Shown here: positions 1 through 10,156 of the stretch, one piece after another
How positions within the stretch are numbered: position 1 is the first letter of the stretch
Layout of the letters: each line of letters starts with the position of its first letter
DNA from: a bacterium
GTDB lineage: Bacteria; Bacteroidota; Ignavibacteria; Kapaibacteriales; UBA2268
NCBI GenBank assembly: GCA_030431515.1
Contig: JAUIIX010000002.1
Span: forward strand, 14,936-78,935
DNA length: 64,000 bases
Direction of reading: 5' to 3'
Program-made: the position numbers and the translations under genes
The notes under the pieces: generated by a model
What the model was told of the DNA's origin: nothing
Seen by the model: only the letters and a program-made list of their open reading frames with translations
The model's database searches: none

Positions 1-979
1 TAAATTCTCCACCAAATTCTTTTAGTGAGTCGATTACTTTATATCTTGTATTATCAGGGCAGAAAAACATCATAAATCCGCCACCACCAGCACCAGAAAT
101 TTTACCACCGCTGGCACCATTCTCTCGAGCAGTATTATAAATCTTGTCTATCACTGGATTTGAGATTTCATTAGCAAGTTGTTTTTTGTATTTCCAACCA
201 AAATCTAATATCTCCCCTACATGATAAATATCACCTTTTAGCAAAGTTTCTTTCATTTTTTGGGCTTGCTCTTTTAGTTTGTGCATTCCCTCGAGTGAAC
301 TTTTATTTTTAGAAATTATATTTCTTGTTTGCGATTCAATAATATTTGCTGAAAGCCGAGATGTACCAGTGTAATATATTAGAAGATTAAAATTTAATTC
401 ATCTATATATTCCTGTTTCAAAGGCAAAGGATTAACTATAACTTTGTCATTATCTAAAAATTCCATAAAGTTAATACCACCAAAAGTAGCTGCATATTGA
501 TCTTGTTTCCCACCAGCCATATTTAAGTCTAATCTTTCAATTTCATAAGCAAGATGTGCAATATCATATTCACCAAGTGGAAGTTTCAGCCATTCTGTAA
601 ATGCACCTATAATTGATACTGTTAGTGTTGATGATGTTCCTAAACCCGAACCAGCAGGAGCATCGACATAAGTTGATAACTCAAAGGAAAGTGGTTCATT
701 GTTATTAAATTCTTTGATTATCCTATTATAAACACCTTTTTGGAGGTTTAAATCTCCGTCTATATCAAGAATTTTATCCGCATCTAATTCAATTCTTTTA
801 TTTCTGTCAATTGCATTAAATATTATTTTACCATTGTTTAATGGTTTTATTGTGCTGTATGCGTAAAGGTTTATTGAGGCATTGAGTACAGAACCACCGA
901 ATTGATCGGAATATGGGCTTACATCTGTGCCACCGCCTGCTAAACCAATTCTTAAAGGAGCTTTTGATCTAATTAACAT
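1..979 (-). CDS. hddA: GHMP sugar kinase, D-glycero-D-manno-heptose 7-phosphate kinase-like (runs off left edge)
   Basis: Not in ORF track; translated by hand from ATG at 979: MLIRSKAPLRIGLAGGGTDVSPY..., with PAGSGLGTSS ATP-binding motif, GGKQDQYAATFGG and GGKISGAGGGGF. Confidence 0.85.
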   Translation of the reverse strand, partial: MLIRSKAPLRIGLAGGGTDVSPYSDQFGGSVLNASINLYAYSTIKPLNNGKIIFNAIDRNKRIELDADKILDIDGDLNLQKGVYNRIIKEFNNNEPLSFELSTYVDAPAGSGLGTSSTLTVSIIGAFTEWLKLPLGEYDIAHLAYEIERLDLNMAGGKQDQYAATFGGINFMEFLDNDKVIVNPLPLKQEYIDELNFNLLIYYTGTSRLSANIIESQTRNIISKNKSSLEGMHKLKEQAQKMKETLLKGDIYHVGEILDFGWKYKKQLANEISNPVIDKIYNTARENGASGGKISGAGGGGFMMFFCPDNTRYKVIDSLKEFGGEF

Positions 980-980
980 A

Positions 981-1742
981 TTACAATCTATAAAATATCG
1001 AAATATTATAAACAAGTGTGAACAAACTGATTTCAGTTTTTTCTTGAACTAAACCACTGGTAAGAAGTTCTCCATAAGCATCATCTCTTCCAAGAAGATT
1101 AACTAAATTTAAAGCTGCACTAATATTGATACCAAATTCTTTGTCAATTTCGCCTTCTGCTCCAATTCTAAATGCACCGCCTAATCTAAAAGCATCATCT
1201 TTCAGACTTTTATCTAAAATTGTAGTTTTATTTCTATCTAAAATATTTTGAAATTCTGATTTAAAATTTGAATTATTAATGAAGTTAAATCTTACTTCTG
1301 GACCTAAATAAATATTCGTATTAGCTAAAGGAATCCTAAATACTTTGTAATATGCACCAAGATAAGGTGTTAATAGGTTTTGATCATTTCTATAATTTAC
1401 TACAGATGAACTAGATATTGTGTATTGTTCTTTTGAAGTCATTGAAGCATATTCAACCCCAAGAGCAAAATAATAATTTTCAAGTTTTTCTGGGATATAT
1501 GTTATTCTAAAATCTAAAGCTACTTGTGCTCCATCAAAACTACCACCACTGATATAGTCATCTTCGTTATCAAAATTAATTGTATTTCTTGCAGGGTGGT
1601 CAAATAGAACTGAATGAGTTGATATACCAGCTGAATACATCCAAGGTGTTTTATACTTAAAAACATCTCTATAATTTTTTATCTGAGAGAAGCTTGTATT
1701 TACAAAAAGTAAAGATAATATGATTATTAATATTTTTTTCAT
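981..1742 (-). CDS. Secreted/outer-membrane beta-barrel-like hypothetical protein
   Basis: Signal peptide, alternating amphipathic strands, C-terminal ...ISIFYRL. Confidence 0.6.
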   Translation of the reverse strand: MKKILIIILSLLFVNTSFSQIKNYRDVFKYKTPWMYSAGISTHSVLFDHPARNTINFDNEDDYISGGSFDGAQVALDFRITYIPEKLENYYFALGVEYASMTSKEQYTISSSSVVNYRNDQNLLTPYLGAYYKVFRIPLANTNIYLGPEVRFNFINNSNFKSEFQNILDRNKTTILDKSLKDDAFRLGGAFRIGAEGEIDKEFGINISAALNLVNLLGRDDAYGELLTSGLVQEKTEISLFTLVYNISIFYRL

Positions 1743-1743
1743 T

Positions 1744-2697
1744 TTATATTTGCTCTTTGATTGAATAATTTTGATCTTTAGCAGAATTTCTTACTAACAT
1801 TTCACCTAATAATCCCATAGATACAAATTGGACACCAACAATTATTAATGCTATCCCAAGTATTGCTAAAGGTCTTTCACTTATATATGTTAAACCAAGC
1901 ATCCATTCTATAGTTAAATATATATCAATTCCTAAACCGACAAAAACACATAAAAAACCTAAAGTCCCAAATAAATGTAATGGTCTTTTAATAAAACGTG
2001 TTAAAAATATAACAGTTATTAAATCTAAGAATCCTTTTAGAAATCTTGAGGCACCAAATTTAGAAATCCCATGTTTTCTTGGATGATGTAATACAGGTAT
2101 TTCTGTTACTTTAAATCCATCTCTGAAAGATAGAGCAGGCAAGAATCTATGCATTTCTCCATAAACATTTAATGATTTTGCTGCTTCATTTGTATATGCT
2201 TTTAAACCACAATTAAAATCATGTAATTTTATTCCAGCAGCTTTTGAAGTTACCCAGTTAAAGAATTTAGATGGTAATGTTTTCGAAATTGGATCATATC
2301 GTTTCTTTTTCCACCCAGAAACTAAGTCATATCCTTCATTAATCTTATTTACAAGGTTCTCTAACTCATTAGGGTCATCTTGTAGGTCTGCATCCATTGT
2401 GATAATTATATCGCCCTCAGCTCGTTTAAAGCCAACCGATAATGCAGCAGACTTTCCATAGTTACGTCTAAATCTTATAGATTTGAATTTATTATTTTCT
2501 TTACAGATTTTTTTAATAATTTCATAAGATTTATCAGTAGATCCATCATCAATAAAAATTACCTCCCAACTATCAACAGCAATTTTAGTTAAGTTGAATG
2601 TAAGTAATTTGCTTAATTCTTCTAATGAATCTTCTTCATTTAAAAGAGGAATTACGACTGAAATATATAAATTATCTTTTTGAATTTCTTCTTTCAT
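1744..2697 (-). CDS. GT2 polyprenyl-phosphate glycosyltransferase (ArnC/Dpm1-like)
   Basis: ISVVIPLLNEE, IDDGSTD, RRNYGKSAAL, MDADLQDDP, two C-terminal TM helices. Confidence 0.92.
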   Translation of the reverse strand: MKEEIQKDNLYISVVIPLLNEEDSLEELSKLLTFNLTKIAVDSWEVIFIDDGSTDKSYEIIKKICKENNKFKSIRFRRNYGKSAALSVGFKRAEGDIIITMDADLQDDPNELENLVNKINEGYDLVSGWKKKRYDPISKTLPSKFFNWVTSKAAGIKLHDFNCGLKAYTNEAAKSLNVYGEMHRFLPALSFRDGFKVTEIPVLHHPRKHGISKFGASRFLKGFLDLITVIFLTRFIKRPLHLFGTLGFLCVFVGLGIDIYLTIEWMLGLTYISERPLAILGIALIIVGVQFVSMGLLGEMLVRNSAKDQNYSIKEQI

Positions 2698-2707
2698 TAA
2701 TTAATTT

Positions 2708-3451
2708 TTATTCTACAATTAACTTTTTAGTTAAAACGTAATCATTGTTAAATAATTTTAAAAAATAAGTGCCAGGAGTATAATTTGATACATTTAATTT
2801 AGATTGAGTAAAATCTAATACTTTAATCCCTTCCAAATTATACAGTTCCCCTCTACTAAATTGAGAATCAATAATTACAATATTATTAGTCGGATTAGGG
2901 TATAAATTAATATTATCATCTTTGATTTTAACTGAATTTATATTTGTGTTATACCAAACTAATAATTTTAGATTTAAAGAAGGTACTAAGTCGTTATCCC
3001 AAAAATATGATTCAGATTTCATTAAATCAATATTTATAAATTGACCACCTGCTTCATCTTGTATTTTAGCAGAATCAATATTGATACCTGATAATTCCCA
3101 TTTGATAGTGAATTTACGACCGCCGTCCAACCAAACTCTAAAATTATGTGTGTGTTGTATATCTTCAGTTGGGTAAGGAATTAAATCTAAATTACCCCAA
3201 ACTTGACTTGTTAAATTTGAATCATAATAATTAAGTAATGTAGAGATATAATATGGAGAAGGTGGAGGAGCGTTAATTGTAAATATTTCATTTAAATCTT
3301 CATCCCATCCAAAAGTTGCATCTTGATGTAAACCAAAAATCAAATCACTTCCTTTGTCACCATCTTCTGTTTCAAAAGATAGTTTAATTTGTGTTCCTTG
3401 TGCAAATGAAGCAGAATAACACAATAATATTATTAGAATATATTTTAACAT
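2708..3451 (-). CDS. T9SS type A sorting domain protein
   Basis: Signal peptide; C-terminal LYPNPT...LYNLEG...GTYFLKL...KKLIVE. Confidence 0.85.
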   Translation of the reverse strand: MLKYILIILLCYSASFAQGTQIKLSFETEDGDKGSDLIFGLHQDATFGWDEDLNEIFTINAPPPSPYYISTLLNYYDSNLTSQVWGNLDLIPYPTEDIQHTHNFRVWLDGGRKFTIKWELSGINIDSAKIQDEAGGQFINIDLMKSESYFWDNDLVPSLNLKLLVWYNTNINSVKIKDDNINLYPNPTNNIVIIDSQFSRGELYNLEGIKVLDFTQSKLNVSNYTPGTYFLKLFNNDYVLTKKLIVE

Positions 3452-3467
3452 AGTTTTCCTTTAAAAT

Positions 3468-3501
3468 ATAAATGGACAACTATTGCTAGCTGTCCATTTA
3501 T
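3468..3501 (-). terminator. Intergenic hairpin (terminator or mRNA-stabilising stem)
   Basis: ATAAATGGACA-actattgctagc-TGTCCATTTAT inverted repeat just after the stop of 3525..6887; weak U-tract. Confidence 0.55.
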
Positions 3502-3524
3502 TATTAATAACTTATTAGCATTAT

Positions 3525-6500
3525 TTATTTAACAATACTAATTTTTTGAGTAGTAACGTTAGCACCAGCTTCAATTCTTACGATGTAATTACCAACAGTT
3601 AAGTTGTTTACATCATAGTTGATAGTATAAGTACCAGCATTTACATTATTATTTAATACTGTAGCAACTTTGTTACCAATAGCATCAAATAAAGAAATAG
3701 TTACAAATTCATCGTTTGCAATTGTATAAGCAATGTTTACAACACCACTTTCGTTAGCAGGGTTAGGATAAACATCGATACCGAATTGGTTATCAACTGT
3801 TTCAGTTCTATTAACAACGATAGCGTTAGAGATTGAGTTTTCAATCATAACATTACCATTAGTACCTTTTGCAATAGTACCATAAACTTCACCAGTAACT
3901 GCATCAGAGAAAGTTAAGTCTTTATCAGCATATTTTACACTGATTGATAATGGATATTCAACACCTTGTAAATTAATTACAGTTTCGTTAACATTATCAA
4001 CTTTGTAATCACCTCTAAATCTAACATCAAATACTTCAGTAGGAGGTACTGGAGGTAATTGATATTTTTCAATATCAGTGTTTTTATCAGCTAAGAATAA
4101 TTGACCATTATGAGCTTTATTATCTCTAATTTCAATTTTAGTTGAATTAGCATATACATCGTTTCTTGAATTTTTTCTACCAGTAATAACTTTTAAGTTA
4201 TTTTGCTCTAAATGGTAGTAACCATTATCGTTAACTTTGATCCAGTAACCTAAACCAGGTAAAATAGTAGAAACTTCTTCATAACCTTGATCAGTAACAT
4301 ATCTCCAAACTCCATACTCTAATGTATATTCTACATCTGGAGTAGTACCGTTAAATGCATCAAATTCAATATTTTCAACACTAACTGGAGTAGAAATAGC
4401 ACCAACTGTATTCCATCCACCTCTACCTTTAGAACCAGGATATACTCTTGGAGCATTACCTTTATCTACAGAGATTTCAGAGATATAAGTACCAGCAAAT
4501 GATTTATCTACTGTACTTGAATACTTCATGAAGTAACCAATACCTACTCTTAATATCTCATCTTGTTGATAAGTAGAAGGAGTGAAGAAAATTGGTTTGT
4601 TAATTACATTCGGGTAGAATGTTTTGTAGTTTTGGTTAACTGCACTTACAGGTAAAGATAAGAAATTCCAACCTTCTTTGATAATTGGGTTACCAAATTC
4701 ATCAACGAATTGAACTTCTCTAGGTAAAGTATATTCAATTAAGAATTCATTTACTCTTTGATCCTGAATAGTGTAAGAACGTTTAAACTGACCTAAAGAG
4801 TTAGCAGTTCTCATATTTACTGAAGGGAATAATTGTCCATTTTCAGTATCTCTTAAGAATAACTCAGAACCAGGTAAAAATTGTCTAGTATCCCATTCAA
4901 CTACAACTGGATAATTTTCATCACCATTTTCGTCAAATTTAACATAATAAACGATTGATTGATTAGTATCAAAGTTACTTCTGATATCTCTTGATGCAGA
5001 ACGAGGAACTTCATCATAAGCAGCCCAATCACCGAAACCGTATTGAGAACCTTTAATGTCATTACCATTAGCATCTTTTAATGGATTACCTTGAGCATCT
5101 AACGCATAGAATCTAGCACCAAAACCAGTTAATGGAGATCCGTAAGCATACTCACCATATAGTGTATCAACTGCATCTGTTGCTCTATGACCAGTACCAA
5201 AAATGATATTAGTTTTGTCTGGACCAGGGTTTCCAGGTACAGAACCTCTAGAGTTATAGATATCTAAATTAATACCTGCAACATTACCTAAACCTTCAAT
5301 ACCTTCTTGAGGCGTTCTGAAATAGATAAAGATAACTTTCAATCTTGTAACTTGGTTTAAAGCATAATCTGAAGATATTGTAATATATCCTTCATACATA
5401 CCAGCTCTTTCAGGAGTATTAGTTAATTTACTTGGATCACAAATAATTTTAAAAAATACTCTACCAGGATTACCATTAGGATCATTAAGTTCCTCATCAG
5501 GTTGTACACCATCAATAGAAACACTACCTAAAGTACCATTATCCACATAATTAAAAGTAGCTCTTCTTGTACGACTTGGAACAACATTTCTACCTTTTGA
5601 AGAAACAGTTTGTACTTCTAACCACTCTTGGTCTGTTTCAATAGTAACATTTTCAATACGAGTATTAGTAGTTAAATTAACTAATTCAAACTCTCTTTCA
5701 GCAACTATTGGGTCTATTGAATTAGAATCAATTGTTAAAGGATCAGCAACAGCCATCTCAATAATTTCATTGAAATTACCTTTCTTAATTTCAACTAATT
5801 GTTCTGGTTGACCAATTTGTCTTTCCATTATATAATTGAACTGTGGTAATGCTTGCATCAATCTAACATAAATAACACCAGGTAAAGTTGGATTATCAAT
5901 TGGAGTAACTCTATTTTCATCATAGTTATTTATACCAGCTAATCCAGGTGTTTTTGGATCTTCACTTGGTGGTATATTATAATAATTGTGTTTAGTTACA
6001 GGCCAATATGTATCAAAACCAGGATATAATGAAGTTCTATAAGAATTAGGTTGAACTTGATCTAAATGAGCTTTCCACTCGATAAATGGAGCATGTTCAG
6101 TAACATTATAATCATTATATATAATTTCTTCATTATCAATTATTAATTGAGATACAATAATACCTGCATCATTAATTTGTTGATTTCTGTAAGGTCTAAC
6201 TCTCATTTTAATATAACATAGTACTCTATAATCATCATGAGCCGGCAAAGCAACACCATTTGAAGTACCAGTAATAGTTAATTTCATACCACCTTTTGAT
6301 ACATCTACTGATTTAGAAGGATCTACTAAATATGTTCTATATCTATCAGATTCTTCATAATCCATAGAAATATTCCAATCCTTAGCATCACAAGGTTCGT
6401 CAGTTCCAACTCTTTCTTGCTCTTTAAAGATTCTTGGATGCTCAGTTACTATTCCTAATGGTTGAAAGACTTCATTTCTATATAAAATAGAAAATTTAAA

Positions 6501-6887
6501 ACTTTCAATAGGATCTGGAACTAATTCGACAGTATCAGAATTAAATTCTAATACTACCTTTTCTTTTATATTCCATTGATTTCGAATAAATATAGGAATA
6601 AAGACTTCTCTATTTCCTTCACCAACATAATTACTTGTTTGGTCATTTATTCTCTCAACAGATATAGGCAATAATACACGACCATCTGGATACCAATCAG
6701 ATTCATAGGTACCATCAGCACCTACTAAACTAAGTTCTGGTATTCTTGGTGCATTAGTTAGATGTTGACCTTTGTAATGGTTCTGTTGAGCAACAGAACT
6801 ACTTACCAAGCCCATACCAAATATGGCTACTAGAACCAAAGGTAACAGACCTCTATAGATCTTGTTTCTTGAAAATATTCCTTTCAT
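3525..6887 (-). CDS. Large T9SS cargo protein with cohesin-like and BACON-like domains
   Basis: Signal peptide; REVFIPIFIRN...IESFKFSILY...VLCYIKMRV (cohesin-like); ETDQEWLEV...GMYEGYITISS (BACON-like); CTD VYPNPA...GNYIVRI...KISIVK. Confidence 0.75.
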   Translation of the reverse strand: MKGIFSRNKIYRGLLPLVLVAIFGMGLVSSSVAQQNHYKGQHLTNAPRIPELSLVGADGTYESDWYPDGRVLLPISVERINDQTSNYVGEGNREVFIPIFIRNQWNIKEKVVLEFNSDTVELVPDPIESFKFSILYRNEVFQPLGIVTEHPRIFKEQERVGTDEPCDAKDWNISMDYEESDRYRTYLVDPSKSVDVSKGGMKLTITGTSNGVALPAHDDYRVLCYIKMRVRPYRNQQINDAGIIVSQLIIDNEEIIYNDYNVTEHAPFIEWKAHLDQVQPNSYRTSLYPGFDTYWPVTKHNYYNIPPSEDPKTPGLAGINNYDENRVTPIDNPTLPGVIYVRLMQALPQFNYIMERQIGQPEQLVEIKKGNFNEIIEMAVADPLTIDSNSIDPIVAEREFELVNLTTNTRIENVTIETDQEWLEVQTVSSKGRNVVPSRTRRATFNYVDNGTLGSVSIDGVQPDEELNDPNGNPGRVFFKIICDPSKLTNTPERAGMYEGYITISSDYALNQVTRLKVIFIYFRTPQEGIEGLGNVAGINLDIYNSRGSVPGNPGPDKTNIIFGTGHRATDAVDTLYGEYAYGSPLTGFGARFYALDAQGNPLKDANGNDIKGSQYGFGDWAAYDEVPRSASRDIRSNFDTNQSIVYYVKFDENGDENYPVVVEWDTRQFLPGSELFLRDTENGQLFPSVNMRTANSLGQFKRSYTIQDQRVNEFLIEYTLPREVQFVDEFGNPIIKEGWNFLSLPVSAVNQNYKTFYPNVINKPIFFTPSTYQQDEILRVGIGYFMKYSSTVDKSFAGTYISEISVDKGNAPRVYPGSKGRGGWNTVGAISTPVSVENIEFDAFNGTTPDVEYTLEYGVWRYVTDQGYEEVSTILPGLGYWIKVNDNGYYHLEQNNLKVITGRKNSRNDVYANSTKIEIRDNKAHNGQLFLADKNTDIEKYQLPPVPPTEVFDVRFRGDYKVDNVNETVINLQGVEYPLSISVKYADKDLTFSDAVTGEVYGTIAKGTNGNVMIENSISNAIVVNRTETVDNQFGIDVYPNPANESGVVNIAYTIANDEFVTISLFDAIGNKVATVLNNNVNAGTYTINYDVNNLTVGNYIVRIEAGANVTTQKISIVK

Positions 6888-6916
6888 AAGGACACCTTTT
6901 ATTTATTTTTTAAAAA

Positions 6917-7999
6917 TTAATTAATAATTATTTTTTCTGTTTTTAATTCAGATTTTATAATATATAATCCTCTGTCTAATTGAGGAATAGTTTCAATACC
7001 AATTTTACTTTCGTAAACTTTAGTACCTAATATATTATAAATCTGAAATTTAGTAATTTTAGAACTTTGAATATAATCTCTTATAGAATTCATTTCCTTA
7101 GATTTATAAGTTTGGTAATTTACTTCAAACTTATTTCCAATTCGAGTTATACAAGATTTTTTATCCCAATCAACAATTTCAACTTCAATTTTTGAATTTG
7201 TTTCTAAGTTTAGTTCAGCATTTTGAATTATATTTATTTCAATCAACTCATTTTTACTTACTATATTTTTAGAATTCAATCTATATACATCGTATAATAG
7301 TTTATCATCTATTTTTTCTAATGTATAATTTTCATTTTCAACTAATGCTAATGATATTAAGTTTTTATCATAAGTTAATTTAAAATCAAAATTATCCATT
7401 CTATTGTCTGAGTATATATCAGTATCCAAGAATAATTTTTTTGTTAATGTTGAATCTATTATTATATCTTTCAAAGAACTGTTTAATGAAATTTTTCTAT
7501 TTTCCAAATCTTTTACCGTTGGAGAAAATTCAATATATGATTCAGATATATCTATTTCACGAGTATATTCATCTGTCATTTGTAAAAAATCAAGCGAAAA
7601 TGTTACACTACTAAAATCATCAGCTATATATATAAATTCAAACCCAACTAAACTAGTATCACCACTTAACGGATTAGAACCTAAAACACCACCATCTATT
7701 CTTACTACTTGATTATCTTTATCATTATTAGCAAATTTATGACTAAATTTACTCATAACAGTTGAAGCAGTTAAATAGTTATTATAAAGAACTTTTGTTG
7801 TATCATATTTTAATCCAAGATTAAATCCATATAAAGAATCTTCTTTTTTAATATCTTCAACAGATATAAAGAAAGTTATTCTTTTATCGTCTTCGCAGGG
7901 ATCAAAACTTCTTACCAAATTAAATCTTGGTTTAATACTCTCCTCACCATAACTAATGTTACAGAATAATATAAGTAATATGGAGAGGAAAGTATTCAT
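6917..7999 (-). CDS. Secreted protein with two cohesin-like domains and a short T9SS-like CTD
   Basis: SLYGFNLGLKYDTTK...LSGDTSLVGFEF and MDNFDFKLTYDKNLI; C-terminal IYNILG...GLYIIK...KIIIN. Confidence 0.65.
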   Translation of the reverse strand: MNTFLSILLILFCNISYGEESIKPRFNLVRSFDPCEDDKRITFFISVEDIKKEDSLYGFNLGLKYDTTKVLYNNYLTASTVMSKFSHKFANNDKDNQVVRIDGGVLGSNPLSGDTSLVGFEFIYIADDFSSVTFSLDFLQMTDEYTREIDISESYIEFSPTVKDLENRKISLNSSLKDIIIDSTLTKKLFLDTDIYSDNRMDNFDFKLTYDKNLISLALVENENYTLEKIDDKLLYDVYRLNSKNIVSKNELIEINIIQNAELNLETNSKIEVEIVDWDKKSCITRIGNKFEVNYQTYKSKEMNSIRDYIQSSKITKFQIYNILGTKVYESKIGIETIPQLDRGLYIIKSELKTEKIIIN

Positions 8000-8013
8000 A
8001 CCAAAATTATAAA

Positions 8014-10095
8014 TTATTTACTTAAAATAATTTTAGAAACTGCATTAAATTCAGAATTACTGATTCTAATGATATAAGTACCTGTAGCACAAGCTTTACC
8101 TGTGTTATCAATACCATTCCAATTGAATTCATTAATTCCACTATTTAATTCACCTGCAAATATAGTTGAAACTAAGTTACCATAAACATCATATACTTCT
8201 AAGTTATAAAAGTTTGTAGCATCTAAGTTAACTCTAATTTTTGCATTTTCACCAGTTGTAACTGGATTAGGATGAACATCAATAGTATTTTCTAATGTTT
8301 CATTTTTATTTAAAGTAATTGTCATGTTGTTAGTTTTAACATCATTATATTTTGTTCCAGAAACATTAATAACATCGTTTTCTGTTTCAACATAGATATA
8401 AGCATAAGCTTCATCTTTAGCAAAGTTTCCTGATCCAATAATAGCAGTTCTATTATTATGGAAATCTGCAAATATATCTTTTTCAGAATCATTGTTATCT
8501 AAGTTTATTTCTACTTGATTAATTTTAACATCAAAGTTAAATACAGTAGAGAAACCTTCTGGTGCAATACCATTACTATAAACAGGGATTTTATATTTAT
8601 TATTTCCTTGTTTCATTGGTTCACCGAATGAAATATTATCAGCTAAATTTTCTTTATAAACTAATTTACCTTTTTTATCTTTCCATTCATATAACCAAGG
8701 TAAAGAGGGAATATGTACTGATAAATAATCAATAATCCAATAAGCATCATGTTCGTCACATTGGAAATGAACTTGGTTCAAAGATGTAACTCTATTAGGT
8801 AAATCTTGTTGGAAGTATTTACTTCTTTGAGGAATATCACCTCTTGTTTTAGTATTTACTAATACAATACCAGCTGCTTGTGGTGTAACAACATTCCCAG
8901 GATAACCAGGATCATTTTTCCCACCACTCGTGTTATAAAAAGTATGAGAAACAGATTGAATATAACCTTGAACTTTTACAGTATCAGAGTCATAGTATAA
9001 TGGAACACCTGCATCGTTAACAAAGTAACCTTGAGCATTAGTTTTCCAAACAACAGTATCAATACTATAGAATCTACCATCGTGATCAACATCAGCATGA
9101 TAAGCTTCTCTACCTCTTACTGAATCCATTGGGATACCAGTTACAACAGATCTCATAATTTTTCTTACATCATTAAATGTAACAAATCTATTTTGAGCCA
9201 TTCCAAAGTGCATACCAAATTCACCATGCGATAAATCAGTATCACCATCACCCCAAGAATCTAACAAAGTAGTAATTGGGAAAGCAGAAAACTTAATTTT
9301 AAAGTTTGTTCCACCAGATGGTTGCCAAATATTAGATAATGTTTGAACACCAAAAGGATCACAGTTAGGGAAAATATTGTCTAAAGGATCATTATCATAA
9401 CATAATCCATTAATATATTCACCAGACTCACCTTTTATACCAATAGAAGCACCATCAGTTTTAACAATAGCTCCTCCAGATCCATTTACTAAACCATAAG
9501 CAAACTCAATATCACCTTGACGAGTATTGATATTTGTAGATTTATAAAGAATAACTTGGAAACTACCAATAGAAGAAGGTTCTGTTTTATCGTTCATATT
9601 AATATCTTTCCACTCGATAACGATTCTATTATTATCCGCTTTAATCAATACATTAGATACTTTGTAACCTACATCTGCAACAGTTCTGTAATAGTGATCA
9701 CCCCAAAAAGGAGCAACAACATTATTTTGAAATGAATTTACTTGATTATTAAATAAATTCATAGGGTCAGCTTGTGGTAAGTTTAATGGTTGATTAAATG
9801 TAATAAATCCATTAACACAAATCCACAATTCAGTTCTATCTATACCATTAAAAGTAAATGGGAAAGGTAGAGTATATTTATAATAACCATCATCTCTGTT
9901 GACGTTATTAAAATTGTCAGTAAATTGAGCACCAGTTACTTGAGTGACACCAAAACCAGGAGTTAGAGTTGTATAATTCTCTTGACTAATAATTGGTGTT
10001 TCGAACTCGCTATCAATTCCTGCAGTAGCGTAATAGCTTGGCATAACTGTTAATACTAACAGTAGCGATGCTATTTTAAGGAAATTTGATTTCAT
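8014..10095 (-). CDS. T9SS cargo protein: nidogen(NIDO)-like domain, split dockerin-like region, CTD
   Basis: LPFPFTFNG..NGFITF..VAPFWGD..FQVILY..GDIEFAY; GDGDTD..VTFNDV / ADVDHDG..DAYWIIDYL; CTD VHPNPV..WNGIDNTG..GTYIIRI..KIILSK. Confidence 0.7.
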   Translation of the reverse strand: MKSNFLKIASLLLVLTVMPSYYATAGIDSEFETPIISQENYTTLTPGFGVTQVTGAQFTDNFNNVNRDDGYYKYTLPFPFTFNGIDRTELWICVNGFITFNQPLNLPQADPMNLFNNQVNSFQNNVVAPFWGDHYYRTVADVGYKVSNVLIKADNNRIVIEWKDINMNDKTEPSSIGSFQVILYKSTNINTRQGDIEFAYGLVNGSGGAIVKTDGASIGIKGESGEYINGLCYDNDPLDNIFPNCDPFGVQTLSNIWQPSGGTNFKIKFSAFPITTLLDSWGDGDTDLSHGEFGMHFGMAQNRFVTFNDVRKIMRSVVTGIPMDSVRGREAYHADVDHDGRFYSIDTVVWKTNAQGYFVNDAGVPLYYDSDTVKVQGYIQSVSHTFYNTSGGKNDPGYPGNVVTPQAAGIVLVNTKTRGDIPQRSKYFQQDLPNRVTSLNQVHFQCDEHDAYWIIDYLSVHIPSLPWLYEWKDKKGKLVYKENLADNISFGEPMKQGNNKYKIPVYSNGIAPEGFSTVFNFDVKINQVEINLDNNDSEKDIFADFHNNRTAIIGSGNFAKDEAYAYIYVETENDVINVSGTKYNDVKTNNMTITLNKNETLENTIDVHPNPVTTGENAKIRVNLDATNFYNLEVYDVYGNLVSTIFAGELNSGINEFNWNGIDNTGKACATGTYIIRISNSEFNAVSKIILSK

Positions 10096-10130
10096 TTTAA
10101 ACCTCTATTTTATAATATTCGAATTAAATA

Positions 10131-10148
10131 GCAGGGGTTTCCCCCTGC
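10131..10148 (-). terminator. GC-rich intergenic hairpin after giant gene
   Basis: GCAGGGG-tttc-CCCCTGC between 10157 stop and 10095 start; short U-rich tail. Confidence 0.55.
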
Positions 10149-10156
10149 AATTGTTA

